Positions 9,145-19,472 are shown, counted from the stretch's first letter. The stretch is 64,000 bases of DNA from Pedobacter sp. (GCF_965227205.1 NZ_OZ245727.1:608863-672862); one strand, 5' to 3'. The notes: generated by a model not told the origin, from the sequence alone. Translations and numbers: made by a program.

Positions 9145-9456
9145 ATAATTTTTTAAAGAATTGGATTGCAAAGAAACGAAAAATATAATTAAGATAAAGA
9201 ATTACCAATAACCAAATTGCGAAGAACGAATAATAATCAAAAAACAATTACCAAGTCTGTATGGTGGTTATTGCAGTTTGAAAATTAATGATTGAAATTT
9301 GATAATTCTTACATGTGTGTAGTTTTTACACTATGGATAATGTGTTTTATACACTAAATGCCCTCTATTTGGTTGTGAGGCAAATAATTCTGTTGTTACA
9401 AAAGCTTGGAATGTTAATTTTTTTTATAACTTCGAACAAATAAAAATTAACAAGAG

Positions 9457-10536
9457 ATGAGTTTAAAAGGCTACAAAGGCGTAATTTACGGAGATGCCGT
9501 TCAAGAATTATTTGAGCAGGCTAAAAAACACCAGTTTGCTTTACCAGCAGTTAACGTAACCGGTACAAATACGGTTAATGCGGTATTGGAAACTGCTAAG
9601 GCAGTAAATTCGCCAGTTATGATTCAATTATCTAATGGTGGTGCACAGTTTTATGCTGGTAAATCTTTAGATAATGAGAAATTGCAAGCATGTATTTTAG
9701 GTGCTGTATCGGCAGCTAAACATGTACATTTATTGGCAGAGCATTATGGTGTTGCCGTGGTTTTACATACAGACCACGCCGCTAAAAAATTATTGCCTTG
9801 GATTGATGGCCTTTTAGACCACGGTGAAAAATTCTTTGCTGAAACTGGCAAACCTTTATTTTCATCACACATGTTAGATCTTTCTGAGGAATCTATCGAA
9901 GAAAACATGGAAATTTCTTCAAAATATTTTGCTCGTATGGCAAAAATGAACATGACTATCGAAATTGAATTAGGTGTTACAGGTGGTGAAGAAGATGGTG
10001 TAGATAATAGTGATGTCGATAGTTCTAAATTATACACTCAACCAAGCGAAGTTGCTTATGCTTATGATGAGTTAAGCAAAATTTCTCCACGTTTTACAGT
10101 GGCTGCAGCTTTTGGTAACGTTCACGGTGTTTACAAACCAGGTAATGTTAAATTACAACCGGTTATCTTAAAAAATTCTCAGGATTTTATTAAAGAAAAG
10201 TATAGCTTAACTGCTGAGAAACCAATCAATTTTGTTTTTCACGGTGGTTCTGGTTCTTCACAAGAAGAAATCAGAGAAGCAATTTCTTACGGTGCTATCA
10301 AAATGAATATCGATACTGATATGCAGTGGGCATTTTGGGAAGGTATTTTAGAATATTACAAAAAGAATGAAGCTTATCTTCAAGGCCAGATTGGTAATCC
10401 TGATGGCGATGATAAACCAAACAAGAAATATTACGATCCACGTGTTTGGTTACGCAAAGCAGAAGAAACTTTTGTTAAACGTTTAACTTTAGCTTTCGAA
10501 GATTTAAATTGCATCAACGCAAACGATAAGCTTTAA
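9457..10536 (+). CDS. fbaA: Class II fructose-bisphosphate aldolase
   Basis: HTDH, SSHMLDLS, GNVHGVY, FHGGSGS, KMNIDTD motifs. Confidence 0.97.
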   Translation: MSLKGYKGVIYGDAVQELFEQAKKHQFALPAVNVTGTNTVNAVLETAKAVNSPVMIQLSNGGAQFYAGKSLDNEKLQACILGAVSAAKHVHLLAEHYGVAVVLHTDHAAKKLLPWIDGLLDHGEKFFAETGKPLFSSHMLDLSEESIEENMEISSKYFARMAKMNMTIEIELGVTGGEEDGVDNSDVDSSKLYTQPSEVAYAYDELSKISPRFTVAAAFGNVHGVYKPGNVKLQPVILKNSQDFIKEKYSLTAEKPINFVFHGGSGSSQEEIREAISYGAIKMNIDTDMQWAFWEGILEYYKKNEAYLQGQIGNPDGDDKPNKKYYDPRVWLRKAEETFVKRLTLAFEDLNCINANDKL

Positions 10537-10610
10537 TTCGTTAAAATGTTTTAATGTTGGAATATTGTAACATTGCAACTTTCTAACCTTTTAACATTCC
10601 AACTAACAAC

Positions 10611-10645
10611 AAAAACGCCATTGGTTAAAAACCGATGGCGTTTTT
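10611..10645 (+). terminator. Intrinsic terminator of fbaA
   Basis: AAAAACGCCATTGGT/ACCGATGGCGTTTTT hairpin followed by T-rich tail. Confidence 0.85.
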
Positions 10646-10681
10646 GTTTGTTTTTCATTATATTTAAGCAAATGAAATGTA

Positions 10682-11164
10682 ATGACGAAATCTAAGAATA
10701 AATCCAAAAACAATAATTTTTTTGAGAAATTTGCTAATGCAGCAACTAAATTTACAGGGAGTTCTGTTGCATTTATTGCTGCTACAGCAATTGTAATTTT
10801 GTGGGCAGTTACAGGACCATTGTTTAATTATTCTGAAACCAGGCAACTGGTTATAAATACAGGAACGACGATAATTACTTTCCTAATGGTCTTTTTAATT
10901 CAGAAAGCACAAAACAAGGATGGTAAAGCAATCCAGCTGAAATTAAATGAATTAATTGCTGCACAGCAAGGTGCAAGTAATAGAATGGTTGATATTGAAG
11001 ATTTGAGCGAAAAGGAATTAGACCAGTTACATAAATTTTACGTTACGATTGCTGCACTTGCAAAAAAAGAGGCCGATATTCATTGCTCGCACTCAATTGA
11101 TGCAGCAAAAGAGCTAAATGAGTTAAAACTTAAAACGAATAAACACTTTAAAACCGATAAATAA
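10682..11164 (+). CDS. Low-affinity iron permease family protein
   Basis: QLVINTGTTIITFLMVFLIQ and AIQLKLNELI motifs. Confidence 0.85.
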   Translation: MTKSKNKSKNNNFFEKFANAATKFTGSSVAFIAATAIVILWAVTGPLFNYSETRQLVINTGTTIITFLMVFLIQKAQNKDGKAIQLKLNELIAAQQGASNRMVDIEDLSEKELDQLHKFYVTIAALAKKEADIHCSHSIDAAKELNELKLKTNKHFKTDK

Positions 11165-11586
11165 TGAGTCTACTAGTTCAAAAAGTTATTCATCCCGAAG
11201 ATTTAGATAAAGTATTTGCCATACGCAAAGTTGTATTTGTAGACGAGCAAAATTGTCCGCCAGAATTGGAATGGGAACATGAAGACGAATCGATTCATTT
11301 CTTAGCGTCACACAATGGGCAGCCTTGTGGAGCATGTCGTTGGCGTAAAACTGATGCAGGTTATAAATTGGAACGCTTTGCTGTTCTCAAAGCTTTTAGA
11401 GGAATGGGCGTAGGACGAGCTTTAATTGCTGAAGCTTTATCTGATTTGCCAGAAAGTGCAAATTATATATACTTAAACTCACAATTGGATGCAATGAGCT
11501 TATACGCCAAATTTGGTTTTATTGCGGAAGGAGAGCAGTTTGAAGAAGCAGGTATTCAGCATTTTAAAATGGTAAAGAAGGTTTAG
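11164..11586 (+). CDS. GNAT family N-acetyltransferase (ElaA/YjcF-like)
   Basis: IRKVVFVDEQ, RGMGVGRALI acetyl-CoA motif, EEAGIQH. Confidence 0.9.
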   Translation: MSLLVQKVIHPEDLDKVFAIRKVVFVDEQNCPPELEWEHEDESIHFLASHNGQPCGACRWRKTDAGYKLERFAVLKAFRGMGVGRALIAEALSDLPESANYIYLNSQLDAMSLYAKFGFIAEGEQFEEAGIQHFKMVKKV

Positions 11587-11662
11587 GTTATAAGTATCAA
11601 TTTATTATAAAAACCTTCTTAAAAAAAGCGATTTTATTTAAATGGATTTTTAATTGCCATCA

Positions 11663-12343
11663 ATGAAAGAATTATTGCTCTCAATACTGTTTTATGGCAT
11701 GATAGTAACATGCCAAGCTCAGAAATTAGATACTCTTTATTATGACTCCAAATGGAAATCTGCCGATAAAAAAGATTTTACTTATTATCGGTTAACAGAA
11801 TTCGAGAATAACCTCTATGTACTTAAAGATTATTACAAGGATGGAAATATTCAGATGATGGGTTTTTATAAGTCTGTTGAACCAGAGATTAAGCATGGTA
11901 AGTTTACGTGGTATTATCCAAATGGTGGTATTAGACAAAAATCCTTTTATCAGGATGACTCTCTAAAAAGAACAAATGCATGGAATGCCAATGGTTTAAG
12001 TATAAAATATCCTTTTCTGGCAGATGTGTATATTGAAGGAACTTATACTAAACCTGATATGGAACCACAATTTCCGGGTGGAGAAATTGAGCTAAAAAAG
12101 TTTATTAAAGCCAATCAAAAGGATTCTAAAATTCTAACAGATCAAAAGATTAGTGGTACAGTTGTATTAAATTTTAAGATTTCAGCAAAAGGAAAAATTA
12201 ATAGCATAAAAATCGAGAAATCATTAAATTCCATTCTTGATGACGAAGCTGTGAGAGTTTTAAAAATAATGCCAAATTGGTTTCCTGGTTGTAAAAACGG
12301 AGTCAATGTTCAAAAGCGGGCGACTCAAATTTTCTATTTTTAG
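11663..12343 (+). CDS. TonB C-terminal domain protein with MORN/YwqK-like repeats
   Basis: Signal peptide; HGKFTWYYPNG repeat; PQFPGG...GTVVLNFKISAKG...LDDEAVRV TonB-C motif; start set at ATG 11663. Confidence 0.75.
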   Translation: MKELLLSILFYGMIVTCQAQKLDTLYYDSKWKSADKKDFTYYRLTEFENNLYVLKDYYKDGNIQMMGFYKSVEPEIKHGKFTWYYPNGGIRQKSFYQDDSLKRTNAWNANGLSIKYPFLADVYIEGTYTKPDMEPQFPGGEIELKKFIKANQKDSKILTDQKISGTVVLNFKISAKGKINSIKIEKSLNSILDDEAVRVLKIMPNWFPGCKNGVNVQKRATQIFYF

Positions 12344-12349
12344 ATTTTG

Positions 12350-13207
12350 TTAAAATATCTTGGAGGATAAAATCATCGCTTCATTCCATTTATCCATATT
12401 TAGGTTTAAACCTTCTCCCTTGGAGTTTAAAAAGCTGATTACCTCTTCAGTTGCAATATTTCCGGTTAAATCGTCAGCTGCCATTGGGCAACCACCGAAA
12501 CCTTTTAGTGCAGAATCGATTCTTTTAACACCGCAATCATAGGCTGCTTCTATTTTTTCAAATCTTTCTGTAGGTGTAGAGTGTAAATGAATTCCAATTT
12601 CTGTATTGCTAAACTTTGAAATCAGCTTAGGTAAAATGGCTTTTATCTTTTCAGGAGTAGAAATCCCGACGGTATCGGCTAATGAAATAATTTCAACGCC
12701 TTTGCCAACTAAAACATCAGCCCATTTTTCTACAATTTCGTAATTCCATTCATCGCCATAAGGATTTCCAAAACCCATCGACAAATAAATTACAGCTTTT
12801 TTATTGCTTTTATCGCAAAGTGATAACATTTCCTCAACAGTTGTTAAAGACTGATTAATGCTGGAATTTGTATTTCGTTGTTGAAAGGTTTCAGAAATGG
12901 AAAACGGAAAGCCTAGATAACTTATCTGTGCATGCTTAATAGCCTCTTCAACGCCTCTTAAATTGGCTACAATGGCTAAAAGTTTAGTTGAGGTATTGCT
13001 TAAATCCAGATTTGCTAAAACTTCAGCCGTATCAGCCATTTGTGGTATCGCTTTTGGTGAAACAAAACTTCCAAAATCAAGCGTATCAAAACCAACTTGA
13101 AGCAACAAATTCAAATATTCAGATTTTAGTTTGGTTGGAACGAAATCATGTAATCCCTGCATTGCATCACGGGGACATTCGACTAATTTGAATTTATTTT
13201 GGCTCAT
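12350..13207 (-). CDS. Hydroxymethylglutaryl-CoA lyase
   Basis: ECPRDAMQG, SFVSPKAIPQM, HLH, GGCP motifs; start MSQNKF at 13207. Confidence 0.9.
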   Translation of the reverse strand: MSQNKFKLVECPRDAMQGLHDFVPTKLKSEYLNLLLQVGFDTLDFGSFVSPKAIPQMADTAEVLANLDLSNTSTKLLAIVANLRGVEEAIKHAQISYLGFPFSISETFQQRNTNSSINQSLTTVEEMLSLCDKSNKKAVIYLSMGFGNPYGDEWNYEIVEKWADVLVGKGVEIISLADTVGISTPEKIKAILPKLISKFSNTEIGIHLHSTPTERFEKIEAAYDCGVKRIDSALKGFGGCPMAADDLTGNIATEEVISFLNSKGEGLNLNMDKWNEAMILSSKIF

Positions 13208-13296
13208 ATTATTTTGGTTTAACCGCAAAGTGCGCAAAGTTTTTCGCAAAGAAAAGAAGTTTCAAGAAACAGTAATCCAAAAACTGAGTTTTCATT

Positions 13297-13359
13297 AATG
13301 ACCAATGACCAATGACCAATGACCAATGACCAATGACTAATGACCAATGACTAATGAAC
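13297..13359. repeat. Heptamer tandem array (AATGACY)x9
   Basis: Direct reading; overlaps the ndh stop codon. Confidence 0.95.
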
Positions 13360-14667
13360 CTCCTTCACTTCCTTTCGGTAATCAACGCTTCTATCTTTTG
13401 AAAAGGTTCTGATAATTAACCTTGTACCTCTGTCGTAACTGAAATAACTCCAAACCCAGTTTACGAATACGATTATTTTATTTCTAAAGCCTACTAAAGT
13501 CATTAGGTGAACAAACATCCAGGTAAACCAAGCAAATACACCTTGAAAGCGTATTTTGCCGATATCAACTACAGCTTTATTTCTTCCAACGGTTGCCATA
13601 GAGCCTTTATCAAAATACTTAAACTTTTCTAAAGGTCTGTTTTCTTTAATGTTGATTAAGTTTTTAGCCAAATGGTGTCCTTGTTGAATCGCTGCTGGAG
13701 CAACACCAGGATGCCCGTTTGGTGTTTCCTCATCTATAATTGCAGCAACATCGCCAATTGCATAAATATTTTGATAACCAACAATTAAACTTTGAGTATC
13801 TGTTTTCAATCGTCCGCCGCGAACAATTTCTGCTTTATCTAAACCTGGAATCACCTGTCCTTTAACACCTGCGCTCCAAATTACTGTAGAACTTAAAATA
13901 GGGGCTTTGTCTTGTAAGGTGAGTGTATGTCCGTCGTATCCTAAAACACGAGTTTCATTCATAACCTGAACGCCCATTTTTATTAAAAATTCTTTTGATT
14001 TTTGTTGTGCCTGTGGTGACATTGGGCCTAAAAGTTCTGGAGAATTTTCCACTAGATAGATGTTTACCTTGCTCAAATCCATTTCAGGATAATCGTTTGG
14101 AATAACATGTTTTTTAAGCTCAGCAATGGCTCCAGAAGTCTCCACTCCAGTTGGACCACCACCTACAACTACAAAATTCAGCAATGCACTTTTTTTATCA
14201 GCATCCGTTTCTATTAAAGATTTTTCGAAATTCTGTAAAATTAAACTACGTAGATCCAAAGCTTCAGGAATAGATTTCATCGGCATTGAATTTTGCTCAA
14301 TTTCATTATTTCCAAAAAAGTTGCTTGTTGAGCCTGTTGCAATAACCAAATAATCGTATTTGATGTTGCCAATATCGGTTTTTAGACAATTTTCAGCTGC
14401 ATTTACTTCCGTAACTTTTGTAACCCTAAAAATCAGATTTTTCTGTCCTTTAAAGATTTTACGAAGCGGAAAAGCTATCGAATCGGCTTCTAAACCACCT
14501 GTAGCAACCTGATAAAGTAATGGTTGAAAAGTATGGTAGTTATGTTTATCCAACATTACTACTTGAAAGGGTTTGTTTTTTAATCTTTTTGCTAATTCAA
14601 TTCCACCGAAACCACCGCCAACAATTACTACTCTCGGGTACTCACTTTTAGGAAGTTGTAAATCCAT
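13351..14667 (-). CDS. ndh: Type II NADH dehydrogenase (NAD(P)/FAD oxidoreductase)
   Basis: Two GxGxxG motifs (GGGFGG, GGGPTGVE), FQPLLYQVATG, AIGD. Confidence 0.93.
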   Translation of the reverse strand: MDLQLPKSEYPRVVIVGGGFGGIELAKRLKNKPFQVVMLDKHNYHTFQPLLYQVATGGLEADSIAFPLRKIFKGQKNLIFRVTKVTEVNAAENCLKTDIGNIKYDYLVIATGSTSNFFGNNEIEQNSMPMKSIPEALDLRSLILQNFEKSLIETDADKKSALLNFVVVGGGPTGVETSGAIAELKKHVIPNDYPEMDLSKVNIYLVENSPELLGPMSPQAQQKSKEFLIKMGVQVMNETRVLGYDGHTLTLQDKAPILSSTVIWSAGVKGQVIPGLDKAEIVRGGRLKTDTQSLIVGYQNIYAIGDVAAIIDEETPNGHPGVAPAAIQQGHHLAKNLINIKENRPLEKFKYFDKGSMATVGRNKAVVDIGKIRFQGVFAWFTWMFVHLMTLVGFRNKIIVFVNWVWSYFSYDRGTRLIIRTFSKDRSVDYRKEVKEVH

Positions 14668-14810
14668 TTTATCTGCGTTTTTATCTATGCAAACGTAACA
14701 AAAAGATAGCCAAAAGGTTTAAAAGTTGAAGTTTCAGTGATTATTGAAAATAATATAACTTTAGTATGACGTTTGGTTTTTGGAAGTTTTGAGCAAAAAA
14801 CTGAGTTTAT

Positions 14811-15003
14811 TAAACCTGATGGGAATGGAAATCCTTTTTAATTTGCAGCAACGCTGAATATCTTGTCATTCCGAGGAACGAGGAATCTGTTTCATCGGTT
14901 GCAGATGCTTCGTTCCTCAGCATAACAGTGCCTAAATTAAAAAGATTGGAATGTACAGCAGGACTGGAGTAACCTATGAAATACTGAAACTGCTTTTCAA
15001 AAA
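14811..15003 (+). repeat. Family B element containing a full REP doublet (14864-14927)
   Basis: TAAACCTGATGGGAATGGAAATCC-TTTTT[...GTCATTCCGAGGAACGAG...CTTCGTTCCTCAGCATAAC...]AAAAA-GATTGGAATGTACAGCAGGAC...GCTTTTCAAA. Confidence 0.8.
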
Positions 15004-15041
15004 TTTTAACTAAATATTAATTCAGTTTCCTAAAGCAAAAA

Positions 15042-15068
15042 AAACGCCCCGATAAATCGGAGCGTTTG
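15042..15068 (-). terminator. Intrinsic terminator of secDF
   Basis: AAACGCCCCGAT/ATCGGAGCGTTT hairpin with A-run on + strand. Confidence 0.75.
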
Positions 15069-15089
15069 ATATATTAAGATTTTGATGTC

Positions 15090-18065
15090 TTATTTTCTTT
15101 TCTCAGCAGAGCTACCTAAATCGATTACGATAGGAGTAGAGATGCATAATGATGAATATGTACCAATTACACGTCCGATTAACAATGCGAAGATAAATCC
15201 GCGGATGCTATCGCCACCGAAAATGAAGATTACCAATAACACGAAGAACACTGTTAACGATGTTAAAATTGTACGACTTAACGTGCTGTTTAACGCGAAG
15301 TTAATTAACTGATTACGTTCTTCGCCATGTAAATCTTCTTTACCAGCTTCTTTTAAGCGCTCACGAATACGGTCAAACACAACAACAGTTTCTGTCATGG
15401 TGTAACCCATTACGGTTAAAATTGCTGCAATAAAGTCCTGACCAATTTCTAATGAGAATGGTAATACACCATCTAAAATTGTGTAGAAAGAAAGTACCAT
15501 TAAAACGTCATGCGCTAATGCAAGTACCGCACCTAAACCATATTGCCATTTTTTGAAACGTACAACGATGTAGATAAACATGAATACACATGAAATTAAT
15601 ACTGCGTAGAAAGCACCGTTCACAATATCGCTTGCGATAATTGGCGTAACTTTTTGCGAGCTTACAATTTCATATTTTGAACCAGCTAAACCTTTGTTTA
15701 AAGCATCTTCTACAACTTTATCCGTTTTAGGATCTTGATCTTCGATGTGGAATGTAGTTGTAATTTTAACCTGGCTATCTTCGCCTGCAGTTTTAACCTC
15801 TGGCGTTTCGTTACCGAAAACAGGAGATAAAGTGCTTTTTAAATCTTCAGTATTAACTGTTTTATCGAAATGAACTAAGTAAGTTCTACCACCTTTAAAA
15901 TCAACACCTAAGTTTAAACCACCATTTTTGAAGTACATACCAATACCTGCAACAATAATAATTGTTGAGATGATATAGTAAATTTTACGGCGACCAACAA
16001 AGTTGAATGCTAAGTTTTTAAATGCATTACGTGTAAAGTTGTTATCAAAAGTGATTTCCATTTTACGATCTAACATCGCTTCGAAAACAACTCTTGAAAT
16101 TGCAACAGCAGCAAATAACGAAGAAAGGATACCAATACACAATGTAGTTGCGAAACCTTGAACCGGGCCGCTACCAAAAGCATAAAGAATTGCACCTAAA
16201 ATAAATACAGTAATGTTTGCATCTAAGATAGATGGCATTGCATGTTTAAAACCTTCTTTAATTGCAGTAGGAATGTTTTTACCTAAAGCAAGTTCTTCAC
16301 GTACACGTTCGAAAATTAGAATGTTCGCATCAACTGATAAACCGATGGTTAACACAATACCGGCGATACCAGGTAAGGTTAGCACCGCACCTAATGAAAC
16401 TAAGATACCAATGATGAAGAATAAGTTGATTAATAACGCAAAGTTAGCAACCCAACCAGCACGGTGATAATATAACGCCATGAAGATTAAGATTACGATA
16501 AACGCAATTACGAAAGAGATTAAACCATCGTGAATTGCCTGTGCACCTAAAGTTGGACCAACAATAAAGCTACCTGCAATACGAGCAGGAGCAGGAAGTT
16601 TACCAGCTTTTAAGATGTTAGATAAATCTTTAGTATCTTCTTGTGTAAAGTTTCCAGAGATTGATGAAACACCATTTGGAATTTCGTTTTGAACAGTTGG
16701 AGCAGAATAAACTTGGTTATCTAATACAATTGCAATAGATTTTTTATTTTGAGCATCAGCAGAAGCCTCAGCAGTAATTTTTTTCCATTTCGCAGCACCT
16801 TCGCTGGTCATGTACATCGTTACTTCAGGCTTACCTTTTTGGTCAAAATCGTTACGAGAATCGCTTACCGCTTCGCCACCTAAATCTGGTTTACCATCAG
16901 CACTTGTAACTTTAATTGCATAAAGTTCGAATACTTTAGAACCTTCCATTGGTTTAACGCTCCACATAAACTTCATCGAAGAAGGAATAGAAGAAGCAAC
17001 TTCTGGTAATCTGAAATATGAATTAACCTTTGCAGTATCTTTTTGAAGAACCCAACCAACAATTGGTCCCGGACGCAAAGAAGGCTGACCATTTTCTGCC
17101 TGATAAGTTGGGATACTTAAAACTGAAAATAATGGGTTTGATTTTGCAAGTTCTGCTTTAGCAGCTGTAGAATCTTTTTTAGCTAAACCAGCTAATTTGC
17201 CACCTTTTGCAGTATCACCAGCTTTTTCTAAGCCAGCTAATTTACTTCCAGTTGCAGGAGCAGCAGTAGTATCGTTTGCTACAGGAGCAGTTTCTTTTAA
17301 AGTAGAAGCTAAAGTTTTGTTGATGTTTTCAAGCAAAGAAACAACTTCCTGAACTTGATAAACTTGCCAAAACTGTAATTCAGCAGAACCTTGTAATAAT
17401 TTATAAACACGTTCTTTATCCTGAATACCCGGCATTTCGATTAAGATACGGTTTGTACCAGGTTGTTTTTGCATGTTCGGACTAACAACGCCGAAACCAT
17501 CAATACGAGAACGTAAAATCGTGAATGAACGGTCAATTGCACTTTCAGCTTCTTTCGATAAGAAAGATTGAACTTCTGCATTTGATGCATTTGGTTTTAA
17601 CTGAGAAGCATTATCCTGATTTGAGAAATAATCTGCAAGTTTAACACCAGGACTTAATTTCTCAAACTCGTTAACAAAAAGTTTGATGTAATCTTTACCG
17701 CCTGCGTTTAATTGAGTTTGTGCATTTTTTAAGGCTTGGTTAAAATTAGCATCAGTTGTGTTATCTGCTAATGATTTAACTAATTCCGCTAACGATATTT
17801 CCATCGTTACGTTCATACCACCTTTTAAATCCAGACCTAAATTGATCTCTTTCGATTTTACATCCTGATAAGTAAAGCCCAATAATGGGTAAACCTTTTC
17901 AGTACTCATCGAATCTAAATAAGCCTTCTCTTTGGCTACATCACCTTTCGCATAGTTTTTGGCGTCTTTCTCTACACTAGATGCTACCAGTGTAAATGAA
18001 AGGGCATACGCACAAACGATAGCTAAAACTATCGCTATAAACTTAATAAAACCTTTTCCTTGCAT
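15090..18065 (-). CDS. secDF: Fused protein translocase subunit SecDF
   Basis: LGLDLKGG, IAIVLD, VDANILIFERVREE, LGVDFKGG, TVVVFDRIRE. Confidence 0.97.
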   Translation of the reverse strand: MQGKGFIKFIAIVLAIVCAYALSFTLVASSVEKDAKNYAKGDVAKEKAYLDSMSTEKVYPLLGFTYQDVKSKEINLGLDLKGGMNVTMEISLAELVKSLADNTTDANFNQALKNAQTQLNAGGKDYIKLFVNEFEKLSPGVKLADYFSNQDNASQLKPNASNAEVQSFLSKEAESAIDRSFTILRSRIDGFGVVSPNMQKQPGTNRILIEMPGIQDKERVYKLLQGSAELQFWQVYQVQEVVSLLENINKTLASTLKETAPVANDTTAAPATGSKLAGLEKAGDTAKGGKLAGLAKKDSTAAKAELAKSNPLFSVLSIPTYQAENGQPSLRPGPIVGWVLQKDTAKVNSYFRLPEVASSIPSSMKFMWSVKPMEGSKVFELYAIKVTSADGKPDLGGEAVSDSRNDFDQKGKPEVTMYMTSEGAAKWKKITAEASADAQNKKSIAIVLDNQVYSAPTVQNEIPNGVSSISGNFTQEDTKDLSNILKAGKLPAPARIAGSFIVGPTLGAQAIHDGLISFVIAFIVILIFMALYYHRAGWVANFALLINLFFIIGILVSLGAVLTLPGIAGIVLTIGLSVDANILIFERVREELALGKNIPTAIKEGFKHAMPSILDANITVFILGAILYAFGSGPVQGFATTLCIGILSSLFAAVAISRVVFEAMLDRKMEITFDNNFTRNAFKNLAFNFVGRRKIYYIISTIIIVAGIGMYFKNGGLNLGVDFKGGRTYLVHFDKTVNTEDLKSTLSPVFGNETPEVKTAGEDSQVKITTTFHIEDQDPKTDKVVEDALNKGLAGSKYEIVSSQKVTPIIASDIVNGAFYAVLISCVFMFIYIVVRFKKWQYGLGAVLALAHDVLMVLSFYTILDGVLPFSLEIGQDFIAAILTVMGYTMTETVVVFDRIRERLKEAGKEDLHGEERNQLINFALNSTLSRTILTSLTVFFVLLVIFIFGGDSIRGFIFALLIGRVIGTYSSLCISTPIVIDLGSSAEKRK

Positions 18066-18244
18066 TGTTTGTTTAAAATAATTTGTCTTTCGCTGTTTTT
18101 TAACAAGTCGGCAAATCTAATTAAATTTTTAAATTATAGAACCCCTTAATTGATAATTTATTAAGATTAATTTTCAATATAGAATAATAGCAATGCATTC
18201 GTTACGTTGAACATGTTTTTGCCATTGAATTTGATTGTTATTTA

Positions 18245-18334
18245 TTTGGAAAGCAATTGAAGAAGCATTTGGCTTTGGTTCGGTCCCGCTAATGCTGCTG
18301 CCATGAAAAATGGCATTCGCGAATATCGGGTTTA
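18245..18334 (-). repeat. Family B element, short copy
   Basis: TTTGGAAAGC...GTCCCGCT...ATATCGGGTTTA. Confidence 0.65.
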
Positions 18335-18381
18335 GATGGCAATGATAGAGTATCTATTTTCGGCTAATGGCTTAAGCTCAT

Positions 18382-18440
18382 CGTCATTGCGAGGCACAGC
18401 TTGCCCCGACTATTCGGGGAAGCTGTGTCTTGCAATGACG
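18382..18440. repeat. CGTC-type REP doublet with nested CCCCGAC/TCGGGG palindrome
   Basis: CGTCATTGCGAGGCACAGCTT-[GCCCCGACTATTCGGGG]-AAGCTGTGTCTTGCAATGACG. Confidence 0.85.
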
Positions 18441-18449
18441 GTTGTCGTA

Positions 18450-18953
18450 TTACTTCTTTTTTAAAACCTCAAAAGTATAATCGTACTTATTCTTTTCATC
18501 AGCTTTATGAGGTTCAGAGCTTACTGTTTCCCATTCGTTTCTATCAATCTCCGGGAAAAAAGTATCAGCATCAAAAGTATGGTGTATAGTAGTTAAATAA
18601 AGAGTATCTGTTTTTGGTAAAGCCTGACGGTAAATTTCTGCCCCACCCACAATAAAAACAGGTTTTTCTTCATGCTGTGTAATCGCTAATGCTTCATCCA
18701 AACTATTAACCACTTCAACGCCATCAATTTTTAAAGATGAATCTCGAGTAATCACAATATTTCTACGGTTTGGTAAAGGTCTGCCAACAGAATCAAAAGT
18801 CTTACGACCCATAATAATGGTATGCCCCGAAGTAGTTTGCTTGAAAAACTTTAAATCGGCAGGCATGTGCCACAAGAGTTGGTTGTTTTTGCCAATAGCG
18901 AAGTTTTCGCCTACGGCAACGGCTATGGAAAGGGTTTTTGGTTCACTTGTCAT
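18450..18953 (-). CDS. folA: Dihydrofolate reductase
   Basis: AIGKNNQLLWHMPADL, IIMGRKTF, PLPNRRNIV, VGGAEIY, ADTFFP. Confidence 0.97.
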   Translation of the reverse strand: MTSEPKTLSIAVAVGENFAIGKNNQLLWHMPADLKFFKQTTSGHTIIMGRKTFDSVGRPLPNRRNIVITRDSSLKIDGVEVVNSLDEALAITQHEEKPVFIVGGAEIYRQALPKTDTLYLTTIHHTFDADTFFPEIDRNEWETVSSEPHKADEKNKYDYTFEVLKKK

Positions 18954-18982
18954 TAGTTCATTAGTTCATTGGGTTCATCCGT

Positions 18983-19363
18983 TCATGGTTTAGTGCCAGA
19001 AGATTTCTTGCCAATATATTTTAAATAAGCATTAAGCTTAATGTGTATTATTTCAAGCTTATTAAAAAGTTGGTTATAAATTTCTTCGCTAACCAAACCC
19101 CTGTGTTTCATTTTTCTCAAAAAGGATTTAGTTTCCAAAATAGAACCTCTGCTGTAATAACAGAAGTTTTTATTTTCCTTGAAATGAAAACGTCCATAGC
19201 CTTCAGCTATGTTTGCACTAATTGAATCTGCTGCTCTGCAAATTTGCTACCCTACGGTATCTTTAGCAAAAAAGTCCCATTTCGTTGTAATATCCCAAAT
19301 TTCATTTGATAAATCTTCAGCAAGCATATAAACTTCTAAATCTTCAATTCGATTATAACTCAT
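18983..19363 (-). pseudogene. Four-helix-bundle protein (23S rRNA IVP / Avd-like family) with in-frame TAG at codon 39
   Basis: Manual translation: MSYNRIEDLEVYMLA...DTVG*QICRAADSISANIAEGYGRF...SRGSILET...; TAG at 19247-19249; absent from ORF track. Confidence 0.88.
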
Positions 19364-19472
19364 AATTATTTTGTTTACACACTAATTATAAGGGATGAAA
19401 TTGAATAGAGATTTATAATAAATGTTTAGCCTAATGATACCAATGAACTATTGAACAAATTAAACTAATTAA

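Noticed and set aside
14811-14845. Hammerhead ribozyme in family B (CTGATG...GAAA)
   Set aside because: CUGANGA is not complete, there is no stem II before GAAA, and other copies change CTGA to CCGA or GGGA
19043-19225. 60-aa plus-strand ORF between folA and thyA
   Set aside because: Antisense shadow of the interrupted four-helix-bundle gene
19247-19249. Pyrrolysine or programmed amber readthrough in the four-helix-bundle gene
   Set aside because: No pyl genes or other internal TAG cases seen; a single AAG-to-TAG change or a sequencing error is simpler
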